Assembly (NCBI GenBank): GCA_965207065.1
Contig: OZ242260.1
Span: forward strand, 3,584,001-3,648,000
DNA length: 64,000 bases
DNA from: a bacterium
GTDB lineage: Bacteria > UBA8248
Direction of reading: 5' to 3'
A program made the translations under genes and the position numbers. Positions 10,032 to 18,908 of this stretch are shown here, in pieces (the stretch's first letter is position 1; each line of letters starts with the position of its first letter). Under the pieces are notes generated by a model. It saw only the letters and a list, made by a program, of their open reading frames with translations. It was not told the DNA's origin and searched no databases.

Positions 10032-12167
10032 TCAGCCATGGACTTCCATCAATTTCTTGACTAAAGCTACATTATGTCGGTGTCCACTTCTCTCAGCGGT
10101 CACTTTTCCGCGGATGGGACGACCGGTTAAATACAGATCTCCTATTACATCAAGAATTTTATGGCGAACAAATTCATTGGAGAATCGCAATTGGGTATTC
10201 ACGACTCGCGATTTGTCTACAAGAATCACATTATCCCAACGACCACCTTCGGCCAATCCCATTTTCTCAAGCGACTCGAGTTCAGAGACAAAGCCAAATG
10301 TACGGGCCGGTGCGATTTCTTCTTGAAAACTCAATGCGTTCTTATGTTCATAAAGATATGATTGTTTCCCAATCGGCTTAGGATAATCGATGAGGTATGT
10401 TACAGAAAAAGAATCCGAAGGCTCTATGCGAATGTAACCCTTCTCGTCATTCGGTTCACCTACCTCATATACCTGGTCAACCCACAATTCCTCGCGTTTT
10501 TCTTTCTGATCTTCAATGCCAGCTTCTTCAAGCAAGCGACAAAACTCCACCGCAGATCCATCCATTACTGGTACTTCTTCACTCATTTTGACGAGTATAT
10601 TGCTAATTTTGTATGCGTGCAGCGCACTCATGAGATGCTCTATCGTTCGAGCCGTCACTGCTCCATTGCGCAAGTTTGTCGCATGGTTGGTGCCATCCAC
10701 GAAATCGACATTTGCCTTCACGATATCGGGGCTTGTCAGGTTGCCAAACTGAATTCCGCTCCCCGGCGGCAAAGGTTCGATGATTAATCCTGTCTTCAAC
10801 CCTGAATGAAGCCCCCGGCCGTACAACACGACACTTTTTGAAATACTCCTTTGATTTGTTTCCCTTAGGTTCGTCGACGCCGACGTTACGGGCTCTATAT
10901 TGTATGCTTTAATTTTTCGTTTTAAAGCCGGTTTCGTCATCCCCACCGCCTGGGCGGTTTTGAGGATATCCCAACCGTGCTCCTCCAAATGGAAGGAAAG
11001 GTATTGTCTCTCCCACTGGGTTCTGGCCAAATTAAAATTAGAAGGGGCGTCGTCTTTTGATGATGTGTGCGTCGCTAAATCAGAAGCTTCGCGTATCGCG
11101 TACGGCAAGTGGCTGATGTCAATCTCCGAGCCTTGCGATGAATATGCCGCTTTGGTCACCGCGCCTTTTAATTCAGCAATATTGCCCGGCCAGTCATAGT
11201 CTTCCAGAAGCGCAATGACATCCTCTGAAAATTCCTTTTCATACCTGTCAGCTTCCATGCATTCACTCAAAAATCTGTTGGCCAGCGGCAAAATATCCTC
11301 TTTGCGCTCGCGCAAAGGTGGCAGGTGTATTACATCAGCGCCTATTTTTGAGGACAAGGCTCTTACATAGGCCTTGTCATTCAGGGCACCCATATGATCA
11401 ACGGATACCATTAAACGCATTGATCCTTTCGTATGCCCGAGGAATCTCACAAGAAATATCTCCTGCTCCGCCATGGGCAGTTGCTCCAAACCATCAAGGT
11501 ATGCCGTCCCTTGGAAGGCATCAGGCAACAGCCGTTCCAAGACATTTTCCCATTCGCTTATTTCCGTCACAGGAAACAGCGAACGGCAATGAATCGGCCT
11601 AAATCCTTCTTCTTTCCGAATACCGTTCTTGTGAATCATCCTGGCAACAAAACGCTTCCCAGTACCTCTTTCACCTGCGATTAGCAAAGGGCTTAAATCT
11701 TTCGCGGCTTTACGTATGGCCCGTCGAACCTTTTGAATATTATTGCTATTTCCGTCAAGCATTACATCAACGACATCACTTGCCTTCAGTTCTTTGGCTC
11801 TTCGCGCTTGAACGGCGGAATCGACAATACGCAAAACCGCATCAATAGAAAGGGGTTTTTCAATGAAATTAAAAGCGCCTAACTTTGTCGCAGCTACGGC
11901 GGTTTCAATATTGCCATGGCCCGACATCACGACGACTTCGATATCCGCGTTCGATTCTTTCACTGCTTGCAAAGTCTTGATGCCGTCAATTCCGGGCATC
12001 CATACATCAACCAAAACCACATCCGGTGTTTCGGTTCGAACTAATTGAAGGGCTGTTTCGCCAGATTCGGCCCGCTCAACACGATATCCTTCATCGTGCA
12101 ATACATCTTCCAAGCTCGCGAGAATTTCGCGCTCATCATCGACGATAAGCACATGTCCCTTATCCAA
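10032..12167 (-). CDS. lpxC: Fusion protein: NtrX-like response regulator (REC + degenerate sigma54-type AAA+ + Fis-like HTH) and UDP-3-O-acyl-GlcNAc deacetylase LpxC
   Basis: N-terminal VLIVDDE, DVWMPGIDG, MSGHGNIETAV, FIEKP; GERGTGK; WPGNIAEL. C-terminal domain from ~10853: QRSISKSVVLYGRGLHSG, TIEHLMSAL, EVPVMDGSA, IAPARTFGF, RHKILDVIGD, SGH. One continuous ORF. Confidence 0.92.
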   Translation of the reverse strand: MDKGHVLIVDDEREILASLEDVLHDEGYRVERAESGETALQLVRTETPDVVLVDVWMPGIDGIKTLQAVKESNADIEVVVMSGHGNIETAVAATKLGAFNFIEKPLSIDAVLRIVDSAVQARRAKELKASDVVDVMLDGNSNNIQKVRRAIRKAAKDLSPLLIAGERGTGKRFVARMIHKNGIRKEEGFRPIHCRSLFPVTEISEWENVLERLLPDAFQGTAYLDGLEQLPMAEQEIFLVRFLGHTKGSMRLMVSVDHMGALNDKAYVRALSSKIGADVIHLPPLRERKEDILPLANRFLSECMEADRYEKEFSEDVIALLEDYDWPGNIAELKGAVTKAAYSSQGSEIDISHLPYAIREASDLATHTSSKDDAPSNFNLARTQWERQYLSFHLEEHGWDILKTAQAVGMTKPALKRKIKAYNIEPVTSASTNLRETNQRSISKSVVLYGRGLHSGLKTGLIIEPLPPGSGIQFGNLTSPDIVKANVDFVDGTNHATNLRNGAVTARTIEHLMSALHAYKISNILVKMSEEVPVMDGSAVEFCRLLEEAGIEDQKEKREELWVDQVYEVGEPNDEKGYIRIEPSDSFSVTYLIDYPKPIGKQSYLYEHKNALSFQEEIAPARTFGFVSELESLEKMGLAEGGRWDNVILVDKSRVVNTQLRFSNEFVRHKILDVIGDLYLTGRPIRGKVTAERSGHRHNVALVKKLMEVHG

Positions 12168-14424
12168 TGAAAGCCGTCCTTTGTTTTTCAGGTGTGATGT
12201 CCACAGTAGGCGCCAGAGGCAACGTTACACGGAAAACAGAGCCAACAGGATGGTTATCTCGCACGCCTATTGTTCCATTGTGATCTGCCACAATGCGGTG
12301 ACATATAGCCAAACCTAACCCGGAACCTCTATCTTTTGTCGAAAAGTAAGGCGAGAATATATGTCCTTTCATATCTTCCGATATACCCTGCCCCTGGTCG
12401 GCAACTTCAACAACTATCATATTTCTATCCATATTACTCCATGCTTGCAAATCTATCTCGCCATCAACTTCATGGGATTCGAATGCGTTTTCCAATAAAT
12501 TGATGAACACACGTTGCAACTGCTCGGGATCCGCCATGACAACTGCATTCCCGGTATCAATCTGCATCGAAAATTTCACGTTCCCTTTTCTGTCACGATA
12601 TAAATTTGCAACATCCTCAATCAGTGGAACAAACTCGCAAAGCCTTAATCTCGGCTCCGGCATTCGCGCAAACCGGCTGAATTCATTCACCATTTCAATC
12701 AGACTCGTTACCTGATTAATAATGGTATCGGTACAAGATTCGAATACTTCCGCAAAATCATAGGCTTCAATTTCAAATTTCCTTCTCATTCTCTGAGCGG
12801 AGAGCTGTATTGGCGTAAGTGGATTTTTGATCTCGTGCGCGATGCCACGAGCCACTTCCTGCCATGCGGCGACTTTTTGAGCCCGAATCAAGGCCGTCAT
12901 ATCATCAAACACAATGACGGCACCAAGCCTGCCACCATCCGCGCTTTTGAGAAGGGTCAAGCTCGCGCGCAACGTCAATACACGGCCATCAATCATGACT
13001 TCCACCTGCTCCGATGCGCTTTGGTGGTCTCGGTTTCTCATAGAACGCATCAACTGACGAACAGGCTCGAGATGTGCGCTTTCAAAAATTTCGCTGAACA
13101 ATCGTCCCACGGCGTTCTGGGGTTCTATGCTCAGCAACTCCCCTGCCGCTTTGTTTAGAATAGTAACGCGCCCTCGGCGGTTGATTGATATCACACCCGC
13201 TCCAATATTTTCGAGCATCGCTTCCATATATCTGCGCCTTCTGTCGATTTCCATATTGGACCGACGCAGGATTTCAGAAGATTCTTCAATTTTCTCTTTG
13301 TTAGCCAGCAATTCTTCCGTCATGCTGTTAAACGCGTTGACCAAAATTCCCACTTCGCCATCTGCTTGCGCATCCACGCGATGTTCCAGATCGCCATCCG
13401 ATACGGCCCTGGTGGCGTCTGCTAACTTTTCGATGGGAACCGTGATCCCGCGAGCGAGGTAGAAGCCAAACCATATGGCGGCAAAGAGAATGAGCAAGGT
13501 GACAACCAAGAAAGTGATGATGTAATTAGCTTTGATGGGATTCTTGGACAGTTCCAATTCTTTATAATTCACAAAGGAATCCGATATGCCTCTGATCTTC
13601 TCCACGAGCCTATCAGACACATATTTAGATACAACGATAAACCCCACCACTTTATTTTGAATCCTCAAAGGCGCCACGCCGTAAATAACATCACCTTTTT
13701 CCCAATTCTCAATACTCGATCGTGACTCCCCATCAATTACCTGATCCACGTATCCCACCAGTGGCGAGAACATTGCGCCTCGTCCTAAGCCAGGACGCTT
13801 GACCGATACAATCTCCTTCCGCTCTCTATCGTAGAGTTGGATAAAATCTACCCCCAGGCTCTTTCTCTCGGACTCCAATATTTTTCCGACAGCCTTAGGG
13901 TTTTCCAATGAATCGGGATGCGCTTTCTCCAACATAAGAGCTAGTCGACTGGCACTGAATAGCGCGTTTCGCTCCACTTCGCGATAATAGGTTTGAGCCA
14001 CTTCAAACGACCCTTTCAATGCTCTTTCCACATTCATGTTGAACAAGGCGTTGAAACTTTGGTTAATCAAACCACTAGCCACCACAAAAAGAGCTACTAC
14101 CGGAATGAGCGTAAAACCGACAAAAGCCAACACGAGCTTCAATTGTAAGCGCGAACGACCAGCGCCCGTTCTACCTTCGTAGTAAAGACGCACCAAGTTC
14201 TTCGCCACCAATAGAATAACCACCATGAGCAGAATGATACTCAGGTTCACTAGTGCAAAAACGACGACGTTGTTCAGTAATGGAACTCCCGGCTCAAGTT
14301 CCTTGAAATAAATCCAAGCCGTGAATGAAAGAGTCGCTATGATGATCAAAGCGATGAATGACCGCAGAAGTGTTCTCCGTCGTCGCAAAGAGGTTTCCTG
14401 ATTTTTCAATTGAGCTGGATGCAC
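12160..14424 (-). CDS. ntrY: NtrY-like membrane sensor histidine kinase (TM-HAMP-PAS-HisKA-HATPase)
   Basis: AWQEVARGIAHEIKNPLTPIQLSAQR (NtrY-type H-box), HAMP and PAS segments, NLLENA, DQGQG, GSGLGLAI; overlaps the start of the regulator by 8 bp. Confidence 0.9.
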   Translation of the reverse strand: MHPAQLKNQETSLRRRRTLLRSFIALIIIATLSFTAWIYFKELEPGVPLLNNVVVFALVNLSIILLMVVILLVAKNLVRLYYEGRTGAGRSRLQLKLVLAFVGFTLIPVVALFVVASGLINQSFNALFNMNVERALKGSFEVAQTYYREVERNALFSASRLALMLEKAHPDSLENPKAVGKILESERKSLGVDFIQLYDRERKEIVSVKRPGLGRGAMFSPLVGYVDQVIDGESRSSIENWEKGDVIYGVAPLRIQNKVVGFIVVSKYVSDRLVEKIRGISDSFVNYKELELSKNPIKANYIITFLVVTLLILFAAIWFGFYLARGITVPIEKLADATRAVSDGDLEHRVDAQADGEVGILVNAFNSMTEELLANKEKIEESSEILRRSNMEIDRRRRYMEAMLENIGAGVISINRRGRVTILNKAAGELLSIEPQNAVGRLFSEIFESAHLEPVRQLMRSMRNRDHQSASEQVEVMIDGRVLTLRASLTLLKSADGGRLGAVIVFDDMTALIRAQKVAAWQEVARGIAHEIKNPLTPIQLSAQRMRRKFEIEAYDFAEVFESCTDTIINQVTSLIEMVNEFSRFARMPEPRLRLCEFVPLIEDVANLYRDRKGNVKFSMQIDTGNAVVMADPEQLQRVFINLLENAFESHEVDGEIDLQAWSNMDRNMIVVEVADQGQGISEDMKGHIFSPYFSTKDRGSGLGLAICHRIVADHNGTIGVRDNHPVGSVFRVTLPLAPTVDITPEKQRTAFIG

Positions 14425-14427
14425 AAT

Positions 14428-15033
14428 TCACATTCCTTCAGAGCTAAATGTCTGGGAATAGCTCCAATCAGACTGCTTCCCCCAAAAAGCGAGTAAGTAA
14501 TTAAAGGGAAAAACAAAATCCACATGATTCAGCCGCGCTCTGATTTTTACATAATATCGACTATTTGGGGACAAGGTCTTCCCAGTGACAATGGGCGCGC
14601 CATTCAATTCACGCATCCAGTCCGTCATCTCACCTTGGCTTTTCGTCACTTTTCTCTCGATCTCTTTTTCACCTTCTTTGAGATGAAAAGTGTAAGTTTT
14701 TTTCAAGGCGCTATATTTCACTTGATGATGTAATTGCCGCGAGGTGACTTCCAAATCATAAATCAGCTTGCGAGAGCGAAGGAGACTTACATCAAAGATG
14801 AACTTCGTCGTCACACCACTATGAATAGCTTCCAACAGTTTTGGCGTAAATGCGCCCAATAGAGAACCAAAAACAAGCAACTGTCCATTCTTGTTAATTA
14901 CAATAATATCATTTACCCGGATCCCATCTTGGTTGTCTGTTGCGGCGAGCGCCGGCGCCACCAGAGCAAAAATTATACAGACCGCCAGGACAAGTTTCCT
15001 AAGAACAAATGTTTTCCGGGTGTTAGATAACAT
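14428..15033 (-). CDS. Exported protein, DUF4390-like
   Basis: Signal peptide; LLEAIHSGVTTKFIF, QVKYSALKKTY and YYVKIRARL resemble DUF4390; sits in the usual position upstream of ntrY. Confidence 0.7.
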   Translation of the reverse strand: MLSNTRKTFVLRKLVLAVCIIFALVAPALAATDNQDGIRVNDIIVINKNGQLLVFGSLLGAFTPKLLEAIHSGVTTKFIFDVSLLRSRKLIYDLEVTSRQLHHQVKYSALKKTYTFHLKEGEKEIERKVTKSQGEMTDWMRELNGAPIVTGKTLSPNSRYYVKIRARLNHVDFVFPFNYLLAFWGKQSDWSYSQTFSSEGM

Positions 15034-15144
15034 ATGTTCCCCTCAGCCTTGAAATTCAATGTTATCGCATATGAAAAAAGCTCTCAATACATTGTATGAC
15101 TTCACTAACTTCATGCTCACGCAGCACTTCCAGATGGTGCGCTG

Positions 15145-17844
15145 TTAACTAGTCCCACTTTTGGGGTTTTCAACGTTTGCCATGACCTTCCTGAGTTCAT
15201 ACAGGGCTTCGAGAGCTTGGCGAGGTGTCATGGAATCCGGATCAATACCTTTCAACAACTTTTCAATTTGTGATTCCTGACGTAAGAATAAAGGCAATTG
15301 CCCATTCCCCCGGCGATTTTCCAAAAAGGATTTTTCCTCGCTGGAACGGGAAACTGCTTCTGTACTTTCAAACTTAGAGAGCAAAGCCTTGGCACGGTCG
15401 ATCACCTCCTCCGGAAGCCCCGCCAACCTGCCAACCTGAATACCGTAGCTTCTATCGCAACTGCCATCGGTTACTTTTCGTAAGAAAACTATTTCATCAC
15501 CCCACTCTCGGACTTCGACCGTTAAGTTTTTCACACTGGTGAGCTCTTTTGAGAGTTCGGCCAGCTCATGATAGTGGGTCGCGAACAATGTCCTCGCCCT
15601 GTGACGGATCTCATTATGAAGATACTCTACAATTGACCAAGCGATGCTCACTCCATCATATGTGCTCGTGCCTCGCCCGACCTCATCCAGCACGATGAAA
15701 CTTCTCTGTGTAGACTCTTTTAATATGGTGGCCGTTTCCACCATTTCCACCATGAAGGTGCTTTGCCCCTCTAAAAGTCGGTCATGCGCGCCAACGCGAG
15801 TGAACACCCTATCCACTAGACCGATTTTTGCGCTCTTCGCTGGTACGAAGCTGCCAATTTGCGCCATTAGAATTATAAGTGCTGATTGACGCAGGTAAGT
15901 GGATTTTCCCGCCATATTCGGCCCTGTAATGATGAGGATTCGGCGATCGTCACGGATCGATAAATCATTCGGCACAAAAGCGATGCCAGGGTTCTCCGCT
16001 TCCATGACGGGATGTCTTCCCTCAATAATTTCAAGATCTGTAGAATCCAAAATCTGGGGTCTTACATATCCATATTTGCGTGCAACAAGCGCCAAGGACA
16101 AAACGGCATCTAGAATCGCTATTCTCTCGGCGGCGGCAAGAATGCGCTTGGCTTGTTGAGATATTTGCGCTCTTAATCGTCCAAAAAGCATAAACTCGAG
16201 ATGATGGGCTTTCTCCTCTGCTCCGAGAATGTCTTCTTCCATTTTTTTTAACTCGGAAGTGATGTATCGCTCTGCAGAAACGAGGGTCTGCTTGCGCGTA
16301 TATTCCATTGGCGCCTGCTCACTGAATCGTTTGGATATCTCTAGATAATATCCAAAAACGCGATTGAACCCGATTTTCAAAGGCAGTCCCGTTCGTTCTT
16401 TTTCCCTGTTTTCATAATCCTTGAGCCACAAATCACCCTCCTGCTGCGCCTTTCGCAACCTTGCAAGTTCCTGGTCATATTCAGTGCGAAAAATTCCACC
16501 CTCTCGAATCGAAACAGGTGGCTCATCCACAATCGCTTTATTCAGTTCCAACGCTACATCCTCGAGAGAATCCCACCCCCTCAAAACGGAATGAAACAAC
16601 TCAGCGGCCATCCCTTTGATCGCCTCATAAACCTCCGGCAACATAGTCAATGAGCCGCCAAGTCCAGCTAGGTCCCGTGCATTCGCAGTTTGAGAACCTA
16701 CGCGTCCCAGGAGCCGTTCGATATCTTGAATGGGCTCAATGACGTTTTTGAGCTGATTCAGGATATCGGTATTATTCACGAGTTCTTCTATGGATTCGGC
16801 ACGAAAATCGATGGCTTGTTTTTGAATCAATGGTGAAAGGACCCATTTTTTCAGCAATCGTCCTCCCATACCTGTCTGCGTCTCATCCAACAAACCAAAC
16901 AAAGTACCTTTTTTCCCACGATCCACCGCCGAGCGAGTGAGTTCTAAATTTCGCAACGTGGCTGCATCGAGAACCATAGTGTCTGAGAGGCGGGAAAAAA
17001 GCACAGGCTTGAGATGAGGGAAATTGCCAGGCTGGTTTTCTTTGAGATACGTCAAAATACCTACGGCGGAATCAACCGCAGACGGGTTCGTCCGAACACT
17101 CGCTTCATCAGGAAATATATTATCCAGGCTATTGAAATCAAGTGGTTCCTGAAAAGTGGCTGGCGGCCTTTTTTCAACATGAATGCTTAGTTCATCAATT
17201 TTGTTTTTCAACTCATCGGGCGGGGAAAATACATCTGGCAAGATGAGTTCGCGAGGAGAGAGTCTCTCCAATTGGTTGCAAATAAGCGTCTCGGCGGCAT
17301 CTCCTTCTACCTGAGTCGCACAAAACTCACCGGTCGAACTATCTAGCCATGCCATTCCCCAAAGCGCCTCACCTTCACTGGCCGATACGGTGATACCCGC
17401 CAAATATTGAGATTCCTTGCTATCAATTAACTTGAGGTCTGCAATCGAGGTGCCCGGAGTGAGAACGCGAGTCACCTCACGCTTTACCACTCCCTTGCTT
17501 TCTCCTGTGTCTTCCACCTGCTCGCAAATGGCGACTTTAAAACCCGCTTCCAGCAATCGCCCACAATAAGTGGAAGCCGAATGACAAGGCACGCCACACA
17601 TCGGTATGGGCCCTTTGTCATCACTCTGGCGCGATGTTAATGCGAGTTCCAGTACTTTCGCCCCGAGTTTCGCGTCTTCATAAAACATTTCAAAAAAATC
17701 ACCCAACTGAAAAAACAGCATCGCATCCGGATAACGTCTTTTCATTTCCAGGTATTGGCGCATCGCAGGAGATGGACCACGGTTCCTGTTTCTCGATGTA
17801 TTTTTTCCTTTGTTTGATCGCAGTGCACCTTTGGGGGGAGACAT
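15145..17844 (-). CDS. mutS: DNA mismatch repair protein MutS
   Basis: GDFFEMFYEDA, PMCGVP, TGPNMAGKSTYLRQ, STFMVEM, DEVGRGTST, ATHYHEL, SYGIQV. Confidence 0.98.
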   Translation of the reverse strand: MSPPKGALRSNKGKNTSRNRNRGPSPAMRQYLEMKRRYPDAMLFFQLGDFFEMFYEDAKLGAKVLELALTSRQSDDKGPIPMCGVPCHSASTYCGRLLEAGFKVAICEQVEDTGESKGVVKREVTRVLTPGTSIADLKLIDSKESQYLAGITVSASEGEALWGMAWLDSSTGEFCATQVEGDAAETLICNQLERLSPRELILPDVFSPPDELKNKIDELSIHVEKRPPATFQEPLDFNSLDNIFPDEASVRTNPSAVDSAVGILTYLKENQPGNFPHLKPVLFSRLSDTMVLDAATLRNLELTRSAVDRGKKGTLFGLLDETQTGMGGRLLKKWVLSPLIQKQAIDFRAESIEELVNNTDILNQLKNVIEPIQDIERLLGRVGSQTANARDLAGLGGSLTMLPEVYEAIKGMAAELFHSVLRGWDSLEDVALELNKAIVDEPPVSIREGGIFRTEYDQELARLRKAQQEGDLWLKDYENREKERTGLPLKIGFNRVFGYYLEISKRFSEQAPMEYTRKQTLVSAERYITSELKKMEEDILGAEEKAHHLEFMLFGRLRAQISQQAKRILAAAERIAILDAVLSLALVARKYGYVRPQILDSTDLEIIEGRHPVMEAENPGIAFVPNDLSIRDDRRILIITGPNMAGKSTYLRQSALIILMAQIGSFVPAKSAKIGLVDRVFTRVGAHDRLLEGQSTFMVEMVETATILKESTQRSFIVLDEVGRGTSTYDGVSIAWSIVEYLHNEIRHRARTLFATHYHELAELSKELTSVKNLTVEVREWGDEIVFLRKVTDGSCDRSYGIQVGRLAGLPEEVIDRAKALLSKFESTEAVSRSSEEKSFLENRRGNGQLPLFLRQESQIEKLLKGIDPDSMTPRQALEALYELRKVMANVENPKSGTS

Positions 17845-17846
17845 AC

Positions 17847-18245
17847 CTAATCCAACTTCGAATCTCGGGGGGATAAGCTCATCTGAGGTTTGGAATCCGT
17901 TTGCGACGCGAGTTTATTACTTGAGGTGGCGGATTCCTCGGTTTGTGGATTTTCCATGGCAAGTAGCTTGCCGCTTTTCTCCCGCACTTCATCCAGATTA
18001 ATCTCCATCGTCTTTACTTCGCGCTTCAATTTTCCTATCTGGTTCCTGAACTTCAATCTGTCCAATGCCCCTCCAAGCCATGCAACCATGAAACCGCATG
18101 CAAACACGGCCAAAAGCACATAAAAAAGAGGCAAGTTGAAGCTGCCCTGATAATAGGCAACGGTCACCGGTTTCATGTTGATGACACCGAAGCTCGATAT
18201 CGCCAAAGCCAGAATCAAACCGATGATGAGTCGAAGACTACCCAT
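17847..18245 (-). CDS. LapA (DUF1049) family small membrane protein
   Basis: Two TM segments around a N..PV.V motif, LPLFYVLL, then a coiled-coil tail. Confidence 0.7.
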   Translation of the reverse strand: MGSLRLIIGLILALAISSFGVINMKPVTVAYYQGSFNLPLFYVLLAVFACGFMVAWLGGALDRLKFRNQIGKLKREVKTMEINLDEVREKSGKLLAMENPQTEESATSSNKLASQTDSKPQMSLSPRDSKLD

Positions 18246-18446
18246 ATCACCACCAAGTCCATAGGGTTTCAGATTTCAAAATCAGGGCGGAATTGATTGC
18301 AGACTGTCACTAACTTCAGGGTATCACCCACGCTCCACCGAGGACGAGCAACAGTTCATGATCTCTCATACGAGAAACGATGTGTAAATAACAGAAAATT
18401 TCTACGTCGTCGTGCCCACAATAATTTACTCAAGATTCTCCGGTTT

Positions 18447-18908
18447 TTATCGAGACAGCCATCCCCCGTTTAGCAGAAAGGCTATCCTTTTTTCTTCCTC
18501 ATTCATGCGTGCAGATTCAGGCTCAGTGTAATGATCATACCCCTTGAGGTGCAAAAGGCCATGCACGAGCAGACGTTCTGCCAGGATTCCGAAATCAACC
18601 GCCTCGGGCTCCGCCTGGCGAAACACCTCGTCCACGCAGATCACTATTTCTCCTAAAAATGCCTCTCCCTCTTTTGGTTCACCCACAACCGGAAAGAAGT
18701 CAGCTGGAGGAAATGCCAACACATCTGTTGTTTCGTCCTCCTTCCGATATCGAGAATTTAACGCACGCATCTCCTCGTCACGAATGAATACGACGCTGAA
18801 CCAATCATTTTCGGACCGAAGGGCTTTCCGTATGACGTCCAAACGTTTCCTCAGCGTTATGTGATCCAGCGCGAACAGCTTTTGCTCGTTTTTGATGAGG
18901 ACTTCCAT
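18447..18908 (-). CDS. ybeY: rRNA maturation endoribonuclease YbeY
   Basis: MEVLIKNEQ start, LNSRYR.EDETTDVLAFP, LGEIVI, HGLLHLKGYDH. Confidence 0.93.
   Translation of the reverse strand: MEVLIKNEQKLFALDHITLRKRLDVIRKALRSENDWFSVVFIRDEEMRALNSRYRKEDETTDVLAFPPADFFPVVGEPKEGEAFLGEIVICVDEVFRQAEPEAVDFGILAERLLVHGLLHLKGYDHYTEPESARMNEEEKRIAFLLNGGWLSR

Noticed and set aside
18246-18446. 200-bp intergenic region as an ncRNA or small ORF
   Set aside because: No recognisable RNA motif, strong hairpin or RBS-led ORF; probably promoter space for the lapA-like gene and mutS
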